A stretch of 64,000 bases of DNA. It comes from Raillietiella orientalis. Lineage: Eukaryota. Below, piece after piece: positions 25,121 through 37,100 of the stretch. A model generated the notes under the pieces. It made no database searches, had not been told where the DNA came from, and saw only the letters and a program-made list of their open reading frames with translations. The stretch covers positions 2,418,001 to 2,482,000 of the forward strand of contig JAYWIR010000008.1 of the NCBI GenBank assembly GCA_036172245.1, written 5' to 3'. Both the position numbers and the translations under genes were made by a program. Within the stretch, counting starts at the first letter, position 1. Each line of letters begins with the position of its first letter.

Positions 25121-28100
25121 TCCTCCAAGCCCGAAGAGCTGGCGCCGCCCTAGCAAACCTTGTGAGACTCCCGTCGCAGCGTCGGCATCACGTGCGAGGG
25201 GCACCGCGTCGCCACTTGCGGGGCCGCCCGCTCTGCCGGCACCCCGTCGTGACCCCACCGCCAGGAAACGACGACCCAGCAGATCCACTCCTCCGTCCTT
25301 CCCGCCGGAAAAGAGCAGCAGCTGCGGCCCTCCTACTGGTCGATGCGGATGCTGCCAACGAGACGATGGTTGCGGCGGAGGAGCACTAGAGGTGGCGGGA
25401 AAGGTGGGAGAACGGACGCAGGAGCACGTCGGCAGCGCCAGGAACCGGTCGCCTTGTCCGCCCTCTTGGGGACGGGCATTCACGCTCGGGAAAGTTGCTC
25501 CGGGAGGCCGTCCCGGCTCCGTCGAGGGAGCAGCGAAGGGATCGCAGGACCCTCTTCCCTCGGGAATCACTGACGCTTCCCTGCTTTCAGGTTTTTTCCC
25601 CCGTCTTCGGGGTCCCGAGGGACGTCGGCTATCCCCTGCTTTTCGCGGCCCGTGACTCTCCCCTCTCTTACCCCTCATCGTCGGCCCCTCCTGGAAAGCA
25701 GGAAGAGGTGTAGAACGCCGCCCGGCTGAGAGGGAGTGGCGGGTTCTCTCGGTGCAGGGAGGAAAAAAAGGGGCCTCAGGGAAACGACCGACAGGAAGGT
25801 CGTTTCCCTGAAGACCCCTTGGAAGACCGAAAAGCGTGCCCTCCCCTTTCCTGGGACCGGAGTGCCCTCGCTGCCCTGTGCATGTGGAGTGCGACTGCGG
25901 GGCGTGGCTCTACTCCATGAGCCCTCCGCTCCGCACTAGATGGACGGAGGGGCAGCTTAGAGAGCAGCCGGGACTTTTCGGGGAACACCGGCGCGAGCCC
26001 TCGTCTGCTCTGTCCCCCTGGCCCTGGCGCCGCGATGACGGCCTCGCTGCCCTCGCTGGACGGGCAGTATAGGAGTGGGGTGGGGGCGGAATCAGGAGAG
26101 CGATGGAAGAGAGGGAGCGATGGGGGAAGCAGGAGGGAGCAGCGGGACAGAGGCTTCCGGAGGCGGTTGTCCCCCCCCCCTCCTCCCGACTTGAGGCAGG
26201 GAGTTGGCAAAAGAAGTGGGACGCCCGTTGAGAATCTCCTTCTCCCCTGTCGGGGGTGGTGTCGGAGAACTGGGAAGAAATCGGCGTGGACGAGAGCAGG
26301 GGAGGGAATAGGAAAGGATGGTGCTCCCGATCCTCCGCCTGGGAGCGCCCTAGGAGCAACTCTCCGACCGGTGCTGCGGGAGCCTCGAGGGCGTGCCAGC
26401 TTTCCTCTTCCTCCCCAGTCGGGTTGCTGGGGTGACCGGAGGCGAGGGGAGAGGAAAGGAGCGAAGTCTCCGGAACCGGGGAGACGACGGCAGGAAGAGG
26501 TTCCTCCCATTTTCCTTGCTCTCACTCCGGGTGCTCACAGTCACCCACGTGGGCTGCTCGGGAGGGAGCCGTCCTTTACGTTCCGCGTGCATCCCAGCAG
26601 GACTGCCTTCCCCGTCGATCCGGGATCGGAAGGCGGCGCCGGCGAGTCCCGGGCCTATTTCCCGTGACTCTCCTCCTTCCGCTTCCTCGCCACCGCACAG
26701 CCACACAGGAAAAGGAAGGAGCAGGAAGAGAGGGATGAAGCGTCTTTTCGGAGCGGCCGCTCGCGCTCCCGGAATTCCAGGAACGCCACCGGGGATCGGA
26801 TCCAAACGGGACTGCGACGAGCGACGGATCCCGCTCTCTCGAGCGGGATGCAGAAGAGAAAGTAGCCTCAGCCAGTCGCCCCCGGCAACCGCAGGCGCCA
26901 CCGAGGTCACGTGCTCTCAGCGAGGAGGAGCGGGGAAGGAAAGACCATGAGGACGCCTTCCCTGGACTGCCCCCGTTTCTTCCCTCTGTCCTCCCGCGGT
27001 GCGCGGCGCGACCGTCGGTGGCAGCACTGCTCGTGGCGGACACTCTGGGAAGAACGACCGGAGACGCGGAGGGAACGGAGACAGCAGTCGGGGACTACTC
27101 CGCCGACTCGTCTCCGCGCTTCTTCGCTACTCCGTCTCACCCCAGCTCTACCCTAGCAGTAGGAAGGCGCCACCACCCGAAGAGACGGACGCCACCACTC
27201 GCACGAGGGATGCGCCACTTCCCCCGTGGCTTCTTCCTAGGCGCCGCACACGCCGTTCCCTAAGCGGGTCTACGGAGCGTTGCGAAGGGAAGGAATGAGG
27301 AGGGACGGGTGGAACTGGTCGCCATGCTAAAGGTCTCGGTGATGGCACAGCTGGGCAAGAGGCGAGCAGCGAAGTCCATCCGTGTTCGGGAAACCGACTC
27401 GTCCCCCCCCCCCTCGTTGTCGGCAGGCGGCGGGAGCGCGGGGCTGATGAGGGCGCCCGAAAGGACGGAGGAGCTGCCCATACCGGGTGAAGCAGGATGC
27501 GTCCGCCCCCTCCCTCCCCTTCCCCCTACCCCGAGAGTCCTTGCGCACAGTGGCGCCGGAGGGAAAGCGGTTCGCTCAGTCTACCTCACGACCATCCCTC
27601 CCCGGGTTTCCACGCCAACCGGCAGCTCTTCCCTTTGCCGCAGTCCGTGCAAGTGCCAATGCTGGGTGGGGGTGGGGAGAGTGGCGGCAGCTGCCTCGGA
27701 CCGATCGGTCTTGCAGGGGAGGGGGAGGGGAAAAGAAAGCACTGTGCTCCCAGCGAAACCTTTCGCTGGCATCCCAGGGGAAGAGGAGCTGGGAGGGAAA
27801 GAGGGGGAGGGAGGGACGCGAGAGCTTCTCCCGGTCCCTTTCGCAAACGCCGCCGGCAAAGACGCGACTCATCAAGGGAGGAGACGAGCGGCGGCGGCGG
27901 CAGCAGCCATCGCCTTCCCCTCCCCTCCCCCTGCCCTCCTGGATACCAGCCTGTCCGCCTTACTTGCCCGGTCGGGAGGAAGCAGGAGGGGAGGGGGAGG
28001 CAAAGCAGGGAAAAGGGGCAGGCAGCCTGCCCGAGGAGCACGGGGAAAGGGATGCGAGGGTAGGGGGCGAAAAAGGGAAGGGGGAAGAACGAAGCGACGG

Positions 28101-29740
28101 AGGGTCGTCCTCGTCAACGGGGACTCGCGGCCGAAATCCCCGCGAAGGGGATGGGGGGGGGAGGGGGGCATGTACGGATCCCCTTCCTTCCTCCAACCGA
28201 CTCCCTTCCACCCTCTGCCGCCCCTTCTCACCTCCCTTCCGGAGTTCAGACGGACTCTGGCGTAGCGCAGCGACCGCAGCGCCTGGCAACGCACATCCTC
28301 ACGCACGGTGGCGGCCTCTGAGAAAACTGCGGCCGGGGGTTCACGCGGAAACGCGCGGACAGACGCATCGGGCGAACGGCGCGCACGCGCACGCGCAAGT
28401 GCAGTGGCAGCGCTCGGTTGTGCGCGCCTCCCTCCCTTCCCTCCCTCCCTCCCTCCTCCTCCTCCTCCACCTCCCCCTCCCCCCCACTCCTGCTCCCGCT
28501 CCCTCTCCATCGCTCTCGTTTCCCCCTTGCCACTCTCGCGCGCCCTCTCGAGAACCGGCGCCTCCCTCCCCGAAGTGCGCGCATCCGCTAGAGGGAAGGA
28601 CGGGCCGGCGCGTGCGCACGGGGGGATCTTCCCTCTGGGAAGCAGCCTCCTCAGCCGGGAACGGTCGGGAAGACAACCCATGCGAGGAGGGCATCCAGCA
28701 AGTACGGACGACGAAGACAGGAGAGAAGCAGCAGCGTCCATCAGCTTTCCGCTCTCCTCCTCCCCACCCCCTCCCTCCCTCCTGGACCCGGTTCTCCTCT
28801 TCGCACCTGCGTCCAAGTTCTCCGGAGCGTGACGCACACCGTCTCCACGGCAGAGGTCGCCGCTCCCGGGAGGCGCGCTGCTAACTGGCCCTCTTCTTAC
28901 TGGACCCTCTTGTCGTAACCTTCGCTCCTTCCCAGGTTCGACACCTTCCGCCCCCGCCCGATTTACTCCCCCCCCACACCGCCCGTGCGCTTGGATTTTG
29001 CCTTTCTTTTCGAAAGCAGTCCCGTTGGAGCCTTGCGCTGGAGCAACCGAGCACGGCTAAATGTTGTTCCTGGAGCACCAGCCGCAGCTTTCTACCTAGC
29101 TTCCAGCCGCGCCGCCAAAGACCCCTGCTGCTAGCCCGCTAATGCACGTCCTCGAAGAAGAGAGAAGTGGACACTCCTGAGGCAGTGGGAAACCGAGACG
29201 AGAGCCAGTGGCGATGAATGCATCTCCAAGGGAATCACTGCATTCCACTTCCTCCCCTTCCTCTTCCGACCGAGGGAGCCGCCGGTTCCTCGACGCCTCC
29301 AAGAAGCAGAGTCGGTCTCCCGGATCTGCACGTCGAGGAAGCGCAGACTCTGCAGAGCAGGAGCGATGCGTGTGCGCAAATCGGTGCAACCCGAAATGCT
29401 CTCTTCGGGTTGTCCATTCCCCCCTTCCTTCCATCCTCAGCCATCACCGTCCGGGACAGAGCTGAGTCAGGCGGGACAGCTCATTTGCAGATCAGGTTTC
29501 CAGGGACCGTCTCTCGCGACTGCTAGAGTTCCCTGTGTGGCTCTTCTCCGGCGGCGGGTGCCCGAAGTCCTCTTCTCTACTCCTCACGCGTTGCCTGCGC
29601 AACATGTGGGGCGCGTGCTGGAAAAAAACTGGGAGGTGAACAGCAAACCGTTGCTAGACCTAGCCTGAACGGACGCCGCAACAGCAGGGAAAGGGGAAGC
29701 AGCCTCCATTCCAAGACAAGAGGAATCCAAGAAAAGCAGC

Positions 29741-29845
29741 TTGAGACGACCATTGTTACTCTTTGAGACGGACATTGTTAAATTTCGAGACGACCATTGT
29801 TACTCTTTGAGACGGACATTGTTACGCTTCGAGACGGACATTGTT
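29741..29845. repeat. 22-bp minisatellite, about 5 copies
   Basis: Units t(t/c)gagacg(ac/ga)cattgtta... start at 29741, 29763, 29785, 29807 and 29829. The first four alternate between two variants (44-bp higher-order unit). Confidence 0.95.
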
Positions 29846-32800
29846 TTTAAGTTTGGGGAAAATGTCCTACGGATGTGATCGTAGGAATGAACACTGGGAA
29901 ACTGCTTTGCCCGCTCCTTCCCTTGCAAGCTAGATGTAGACTTTCGCGCCTCCGTAACTCCTTCCGGGTCTTCCATTCAGCCGGTTGAGGACGGGAGGTG
30001 GAGAAGGAAACCATGATAATTCCGAATCGAGATGCTCAAACAAAGCGTGGACTGCGAAGAGATCGCTCGAGTCATCGGAAATTTCCGGAGAAGGAAAAGT
30101 GAACGCTCCTTCGTTTTCCGTCCCCTGTGCTCCAAGGAGGACACTCAGGCGAGGAAAAACGGCTCCGCCTGCTACTCCTCTGCAAGACACTTCGTTGACG
30201 TCCTTGTCTCCGAGGTCTCTCGTGAGAGCTCGCAAGACGTGAATGGCGGAGGTATTTCTCCTTCGCAATGTCAGTCGAAAGTCGGTGCTTCTGGAAGGTC
30301 TGGAATTCCGATTGCGCAGATGCGCGAGAAAGATTCGGAGGGGGAAGCAGTATTCATCTTAGCAGTCATCCGTTAGTACCCTGGATGTGATTTTTGGGGC
30401 CACCATTCCTTTGCAGAGAACAACCACAAAGGAATGATATTTTTGGATATCAACGAAGAGGGACGTTCATCAACGTCAGAAGACGGAAAGCGCAGTTCAA
30501 GAAGAAGCTCTGCGGACAGGAAGCGGCGCAGCTCAACAGAATTCCTAGCGAGGGTTTGTAGCCAAGCAGCTCAAGGAGAAGGTGCTTTCTGCGATGAAGA
30601 TGGTCCGTGAGACGACATAGGTCAGCAAGTGCAAGACGAACTGACGCAACTTCCGTCCCAAGACTGGAGGGGCGCCCCTACCGGGACGAGCGGGTGGATC
30701 TTTCCGGGCCGAGGGGCCAATCTCCGGGCAAGTCAACCGGCGGCAGCAGCAGCAGTGGCAACGCAAGTGGATGCACCGACGGGAGGACCGAGTCTGTCCT
30801 CTGCGTACCAGAAGGTTCAAGGAAGCTTGAAGGGAAGCGTGAGGGGGGGGAATAGAGAAGCGGGCTCACGGTTCGCGGAACAGGTGGGAATCCCCTCCCC
30901 CTCCTGCCCAACTCCGGAGCCACCCGGTGGAAACGCTAGAGGGATTTCTCGAGGTGAGACTGCAGAGGCACCCCCGTTCGCCTGCTCCTCCGCCTTCCCT
31001 GCCACGACGACCCAGTTCTTGAGGAACGCGCGCGATCCCTCGCCGACTTCGCCCTCCGCCGAAATCTGTGAACGGCGCCCCGAGGCAAGATCAGTCATTA
31101 GTGATCCGCCGCGGAGGAACGGGAAGGGCAGTCAGAGAAAGAAGGTTCTTTCGAGAAAATTGAGTGGAATTAGCTGAGGAAGAGGAAGGAGGAGGAGGAG
31201 GGAGGAGAGAGAGCGCGCGCCAAGAGAGGAGGGGAGAGGGAAGAAAGCTCCGAGAGGAACGCGGAGTACTCGGGTCGGGAGACGCTCGCGAGCACGCATT
31301 CCCTCTCGCCCTGGCACTTGAACTCACGCGCTAGGAGGGGAAGATTACAGAGCTGGAGTGCGCAGATTACAAGGCGTCGCTTGGCGACGGCTCCGCTGGC
31401 CTCACGAACCGTTCGCTCACCCGTTCGACTCCGCTCCTCCCGGACAGGCGCGCGCGCTCCTTGCATGTCGCAGCTGCGAGGCTTTGACCTTTGCCGACGA
31501 CCGGCGGCTAATGGCTAAGCTCCGGGAGGCGAGGCCTGGCGTGGGGTCGAAAGCGCGGGAAAAGAAAGGAGTGAGGGAGAAAGGGGGGCAGTTCGGACCA
31601 CTCCTTGCGGCAGTGCTCCGTGCTCTTCTTCCTCGGGTGGCGCGCGTAAGTCGGCCGTGTGTGCGCTCGCGCGAAAAGGCGTCGTCTTCTTTCCCCGAGG
31701 GGCTACGGAGGCTGCCTGCGGACCTCCAGACACTTCGGCGGCAGCCGCGAGCAAAGAGGGCAGAGCGCGGCTGCCGCTGCGGACCTCCCTCTTTGGCCGC
31801 CGACCTCTTCGGCGCGCTGCATTTCCCCGCCTTCGCGAGCTCCCCTCCAGGGGCGGCGGCTCGGGAGACGCCCTGAGGACAGTCAAGGGGATCATCGCCC
31901 CTCCTTCGATGCCTCCTCCGCAGGAAACATCCTCCACGGATCCTTCGGCCGACAGGCGGGAGAACAGTCGTCGTGGAGCAGTGGCTCCTCGCCTTGCTTA
32001 CTCCCCGTACCGGGGCAAAAAGCGTCCCCGCGAAATGCAGCTGTCGCCTGGAGCCCTCCGCCCCCTCCGCTGTCGGGAAAGGACCGGACTTCACAACTCC
32101 CTCTTTTCTTCGCTCCGCCGAGCGGCCCCTCTTTCCGCCCCTTTTCACCCGACCCGGAAGGGTCATGGAGCCCCTCTCTCCGGCAGTGCTGCGGAGGCTA
32201 AGAGGAGTTCTGCGAATCAGGTCGCAGGCATCAAGAGGGGAGAGGTCTTCCGGACTAGGGTGGACGGATCTCGGCCTGCGTTTCGCCGACTTACGGATCT
32301 CCGCGGGGCGGGGCGGCGGGGCTTCCCGGGCGCAAAGGAACCTTCGTAGGAGGAAGGCGCGGGACGAGGGGCGCAGCCCTTCCCATTATCCGGATATGAG
32401 GCGGCGCGGAGGGGGAGGCCTCAGGAGCGAATCCAGACGCATTCTTCCCGTTTCGCTCCTCTCTCCCCCCCCCCCTCCTTCCCTTCCGCCCCGCCCCGAC
32501 CGGCGGGGGGAGAGAGAGCTTCCCCGTCGTCCCCGTTGCCGAGGGAACCTTCCCCCGGCGCAGCGTCCGGTGAGGGATGAAGAGGCCGAGTTCCTCGCAC
32601 GGTCCGAGCGACGGCCGTCAGTGCAATTCCGCCGCTCGGCCCCTGGGGGAACAGCTGCTGCTGAGATCCATCAGCGGGGCTTTGGGGGAAGGCGAGGAGG
32701 AGGAGAGGCAGTGGAGCACCTGCTCCGGAATCGATCGATCCGCGGGGCTCCCTTCCTCTTCCGCGTGCCGGGATTCCTGCGCTTCCGCCGCAGCAGAGGG

Positions 32801-35259
32801 CGGCGCTCGCCGGCGGAGTCGGTGGGTTCGAGGGGGAAAAAAGGAGGGTGGGGGGGAAGCCCCGCTAGGAAGAAGGCAACAGCAGCAGGAGGGGGAGAGG
32901 GGGGCAGGGACGAGAGCTCAGAGTCGCGTCCCGAGGCCGGGCGCGTGCGCAAGGCGTGACGTCCGTCTGCGGACCGCCGTCCATCCCGCTCCATGACAGG
33001 TGCTTCCCCCCTTCCCTCCCTGTGTCTCCCCGCGAGTGCTCCCGAACTCCCAGAGGAACGCACTGCCACCTCTTGCCCCACCTCCTCGCTCCAGTCGTCC
33101 CTTCCGAACCGCTGACTTCTCGAGCTGACCCTGCCGCCAGTCGCCGAGGCCTTCTCAGCTTCCTCTTCGAGGCCGGAAGAGGAAGGGGAGCCGTCCCGAA
33201 AGCAGGGGAGGTGAGGTTTGTGTGGAGGTCTTCCTCCTCTCGAGAAGCAGAACTGGGTGGCAGGAGACAAGGGTTCCTGCGGGCGGCATCCGGCAGACGG
33301 GGGGGGGGGGGGAAGAGCGGTCGTCTGTGCCTTCCGGCGCCTGCCACGCTCTCGAGGGCACCTTACCCCCACTGAGAAGCAGGGGGCCCTGTCTGAGTCC
33401 TGGAGGTCAGGCGCCGCTCAAACTGGTGCACCCCGCCGCTCAGCGAGCTACACTCGCCCAGGACGCGCCGGAGAGCGGCCCGGCATCTCCGGCGAACGCC
33501 GGATGGGGAGCATCTTTTCCTTTTCTCCTCCCCCACTCTCTCCCTCGCTCGCGTTCCATCCCTCGGGGAAGAGGGGATGGATCAGACGCGACCGCGAGCG
33601 GGTGCCTCCAGCATCCCGCCGCCTCCCACATCCCACGTAGCGTCTCCTCGCCTCGAGATCGGACAGTGGGAAGTCCGCTCTCCTTCTTCGTCGCTGTCTC
33701 GCTGGCGGGCAGGCGTCGTCCGGCACCTCCTCGGATCGGCACCTGCAGCGGACTGACTCCGCAACCTCCTCCTCCTCCCCTCCTCCCTTCGCTCCCGCAG
33801 CCGCGACCTCCAGCCGGACGTCCTTCGAGCGGTCCGGGGCTCTTCTGCGCAGCGATCTCGGAGGGCGGGGAGAGACTCACGCCGGAGGGGTTACCCGGCG
33901 GAGCGGACGGTCGCTTCCGGGAGACGCGGACCCGGGCAGCGTATTTGCCCGCCTTTCTCCTTCTCCTTCCGTCTCCTCCCAATCAGCGTTCGCCAGGCGA
34001 CCCGCCCATTTCGCTCGTCCTCGCGGCGGACCTACTGGCGGTCGCTAGGCTGCCCTCGACCTACTCGCCTCGATCTCGGAGCCTGGCCCCATCTTCCCCA
34101 GCTCCGCCAAGCGGGTGGGGTGAACCGGGATGTTTTTTTTTCCACAAACGCCAACCGACGCGGCTCATCTTCGCGGCCCCTCCTTGAAGGGACAGGAGGG
34201 GCGCACCCCGTTTCTCCGTCCGAACGCCCTCGTATCCAGGGAGGGGAGTGGGGTGGGGTGGAGGGACCGCGGGCAGTTCTTGCAGGACGCACCTGGGTCT
34301 CCCGGGCCGGCACCCTGTCGCAGTTGCGGGTGCCGGTCTCTTCTTTCGGCATCCCTCGCAGGCACGTCCCCGCAGGGACCTCCGCCTTCCTTCCGCGACG
34401 CTCGCGACTAAGAAGGCCGAGGTTCTTCACCCGGTCACTTCCGGAGGCGTTCTTTCAACAAAAGAAACCAGTCGGGAACACGCTGGTTCCCAGCCGAAGA
34501 CGAAAGAAGTTCAGGGGGAGGGTCCACCGACACGCAAGTTGGGATATAGAAAATAAGCCCCCCCAGAAAGGAGAAGGGATGCCCCCCCAAAATGAGGAAA
34601 TCTGGGAGAGATGGGTCTTCGAGTTCGCTCCGTATATACCGGGATGAATACCTAAAAACCGGGGCAGTCACGAAGCGAATGGGAAGAAGCTGTAAAAAAA
34701 AAAAACCAAAAAAAAAAGGGGAAGGCTGGGGACGAGGGTCAGAGATGTCCGCCGTTCCTTCACTTCAGAACTGGTGCTGGATGCTGGCGATCTCTTCCCT
34801 CTTCGCTTCCTCTTGAAGGTGGGTCCACACCTTGCAGCAGTCCTCACGTAGGCTCCTGCCATCTCGGTGACCTGCCTCCGCTGCGCTGTCTCCTCCAGCA
34901 CGATGGCACGCCGTGACGATAGCACTGCGATGACTGCGACCATCGCGCCCGTCGAAAGTCCTCCTGGCGGGAAGCGCCGTCGCAGCAGGTTGCGGCCGGT
35001 GTCCTCCTGGTACGGGAGCGCTGGCTCCAGCCTCAGTTCCCGGAAGGCACCGCAGAGCAAAAGCGGGTGCGGCGGCATCGACTCCGCCACCGAAAGAAGT
35101 TCGGAGGGAAGGTCCACCGACACGCAGTCGGGATATCGGGATATATAGTACCCTCGGAACGGGAGAGGGGAGGGAAGGATGGCAAGAAAGAAAAAAAATG
35201 AGTGAATCCGGGGGGTGCAACCTGTCCGCAGAAACGAGGGCGCCGGCGCTCATTGCAAT

Positions 35260-35480
35260 GGACTCTTCCGCGCAGGAAGAGCAGCGCAGCCTGTCTCCAG
35301 GACGACGGGAACGCAGACGCGTCCAGGCATTGGGAAGGGACCGCAAGCACCTCCGAGAAGAAGGCCGAAGTCGCTCGCATCGCGGGGTTGCATTCCGGGA
35401 CCACCCCGCCGCCCTGGAAAAGACCAGTCGGGATCCCTGCATCCGGCCCATCCCGTAGGCTTGTCGGCTGTCTAACCCAG
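35260..35480 (-). mobile_element. Degenerate non-LTR retrotransposon RT N-terminal fragment
   Basis: ORF 35033..35683 contains GPDAGIP...EVLAVPSQCLDASAFPSSWRQAALLFL...RRP, resembling the LINE RT region PGPDGIP...L.FN.CL..G.FP..WK.A..I.K...YRP. Confidence 0.45.
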
Positions 35481-36874
35481 TCTCCGGTCATGGGTTCTGC
35501 GGGTGAGCTCGTGCACTGTTGGGTTGCCCTCCCGCCACGCGCCCTGCGGGCCTCGTCCTGAGCTTTGCCTGTTGGGTGTCGGCCGCCGCACGAGACATCT
35601 CCCTTGAGAAACTGCAGGTCATCCTGCATGTCAAGTGGGGAAATCCGCTCTCTGAACCGGGATGATCCCATCCATGGTTTCATCCATAGATGGGGAATTG
35701 GGGGAGGGGGGGTCGCTTTCTGCCTTCTCTATGGACTCAATTGACTTTTGCCACCGCGAACCTCATTTTTCGCTTCGCCTTCTTCTGGCCTCTTCTCTTT
35801 AGCTTCCCTTTGCACTTGTTCCTCCTGGTTTTCCAGTTCGACTTCCCCCTCCCATGGAGTGCTTCGGTTTTCTTCACCTTTTTTCGGAAAAAAAAAAAAA
35901 AGAGCCGTCAGTCCATTTCTGACATGGAAGTGCTTGCGACGTGCCATCTAGAAAGCGTTCACAGAAGTTCCCAACACACCGAACTGCGGTCGCTTTCTCG
36001 GAGGTGGCCAGAGGTGGTGATAAGCGAGTATCTTGGTGCTCCCGGTGGCCCTTCCCGGAAAAGTCGGTGCGAAGAGGTGAAGGGAAACGAATTCGGGCGC
36101 CCCCTCCGCGCCCGATCCGCCGAGGCCGCGGAGCCTTCGCTACAGCTTCCGCGATGCGGGGAGCTGCGACGAGGACTCTCTGCCACTTGACTCTCCTTCC
36201 TCTCGTTCCGGATGCTCATCCAGCGTCCGCGGAGCTCGTTGCGGAGGCTCCGAGCTATGCCCTCCGAAAAGCGGAGGTCGACTGTTCCCGTTCTCTTCTT
36301 TCCAGGACGGATGGGGAAGCGAAGCTTTCCGAGATCGGTGGGTGCCGAAGAGGACCAGAGAAAGGACCGAACACGGGAAGGAGACAGCGGCCGCTCCTCT
36401 GGAGGGAGCGTTGCCGATCCCTCCTAAAGAATGGTGATTCTTCTCGGGGAGGGAAAGGGCTCCCGCACCTGGCACGCGCGCCTCGGAAGGGAAGATTGAA
36501 GCAGTAAAAGGAGACTTTCGTTGGTGTTGAACGGGAAGCTGCTGCCCCTATGGGGCAAACTCGTAGAAGAGTGGTCGCCTCTTTTTCGGCAACTCCTCTG
36601 TCCCTCCTCCCTGGTCCTTAAAAGGTTTCCCGTTTCCCAAGCGGACCGCCGAAGGACCTTTGTTTTGTTTTGCTTCTGATGTACCCTCACAGGATAAATG
36701 AGGGATTTTCTCATGCTTGAATCGCCTCGTTCCTTTATCTGAGCCAAAGAACCCACCACCATCTCTCACGCATTGCCGGATGCTACTGCTTTTCGCCTCC
36801 TACTGATTTACGCCCTTCGATGGACTTCTTTCGGGTCCCGGAAGGCGTGCAAGTCATCAGCCCAACCATAGTCG

Positions 36875-37100
36875 GCTGCGATGATTCTTTATGGTCACAA
36901 TAACCTGGGGATCAGAGAGCGTAATGAAGTAACCCGAGAATACAGACAGATTTGTTGGTTCGTAAAGATCTGCCAGGAGGCTGCACTTCTGCCGCGGAAG
37001 AGTGTCGCGCGCGTATGATGCAGAGTCAGAAGAGCAAGAAGACATTTGCCTGTCTGGAACGTCCAGACAACTCAGTTTCAGAACCTATGAATGTGCTTGC
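36875..37100 (+). mobile_element. Possible decayed BEL/Pao LTR-retrotransposon integrase zinc-binding fragment
   Basis: One frame reads MILYGHNNLGIRERNEVTREYRQICWFVK...KSVARV*CRVRRAR, loosely similar to the H...H.G...E.RQ..WI...C..CR.R.A pattern. Interrupted by a stop. Confidence 0.25.

Noticed and set aside
30200..30310. RT-like SRPSRSTD...AIHVLRAL on the minus strand
   Set aside because: Similarity too weak, with no supporting neighbouring RT motifs.
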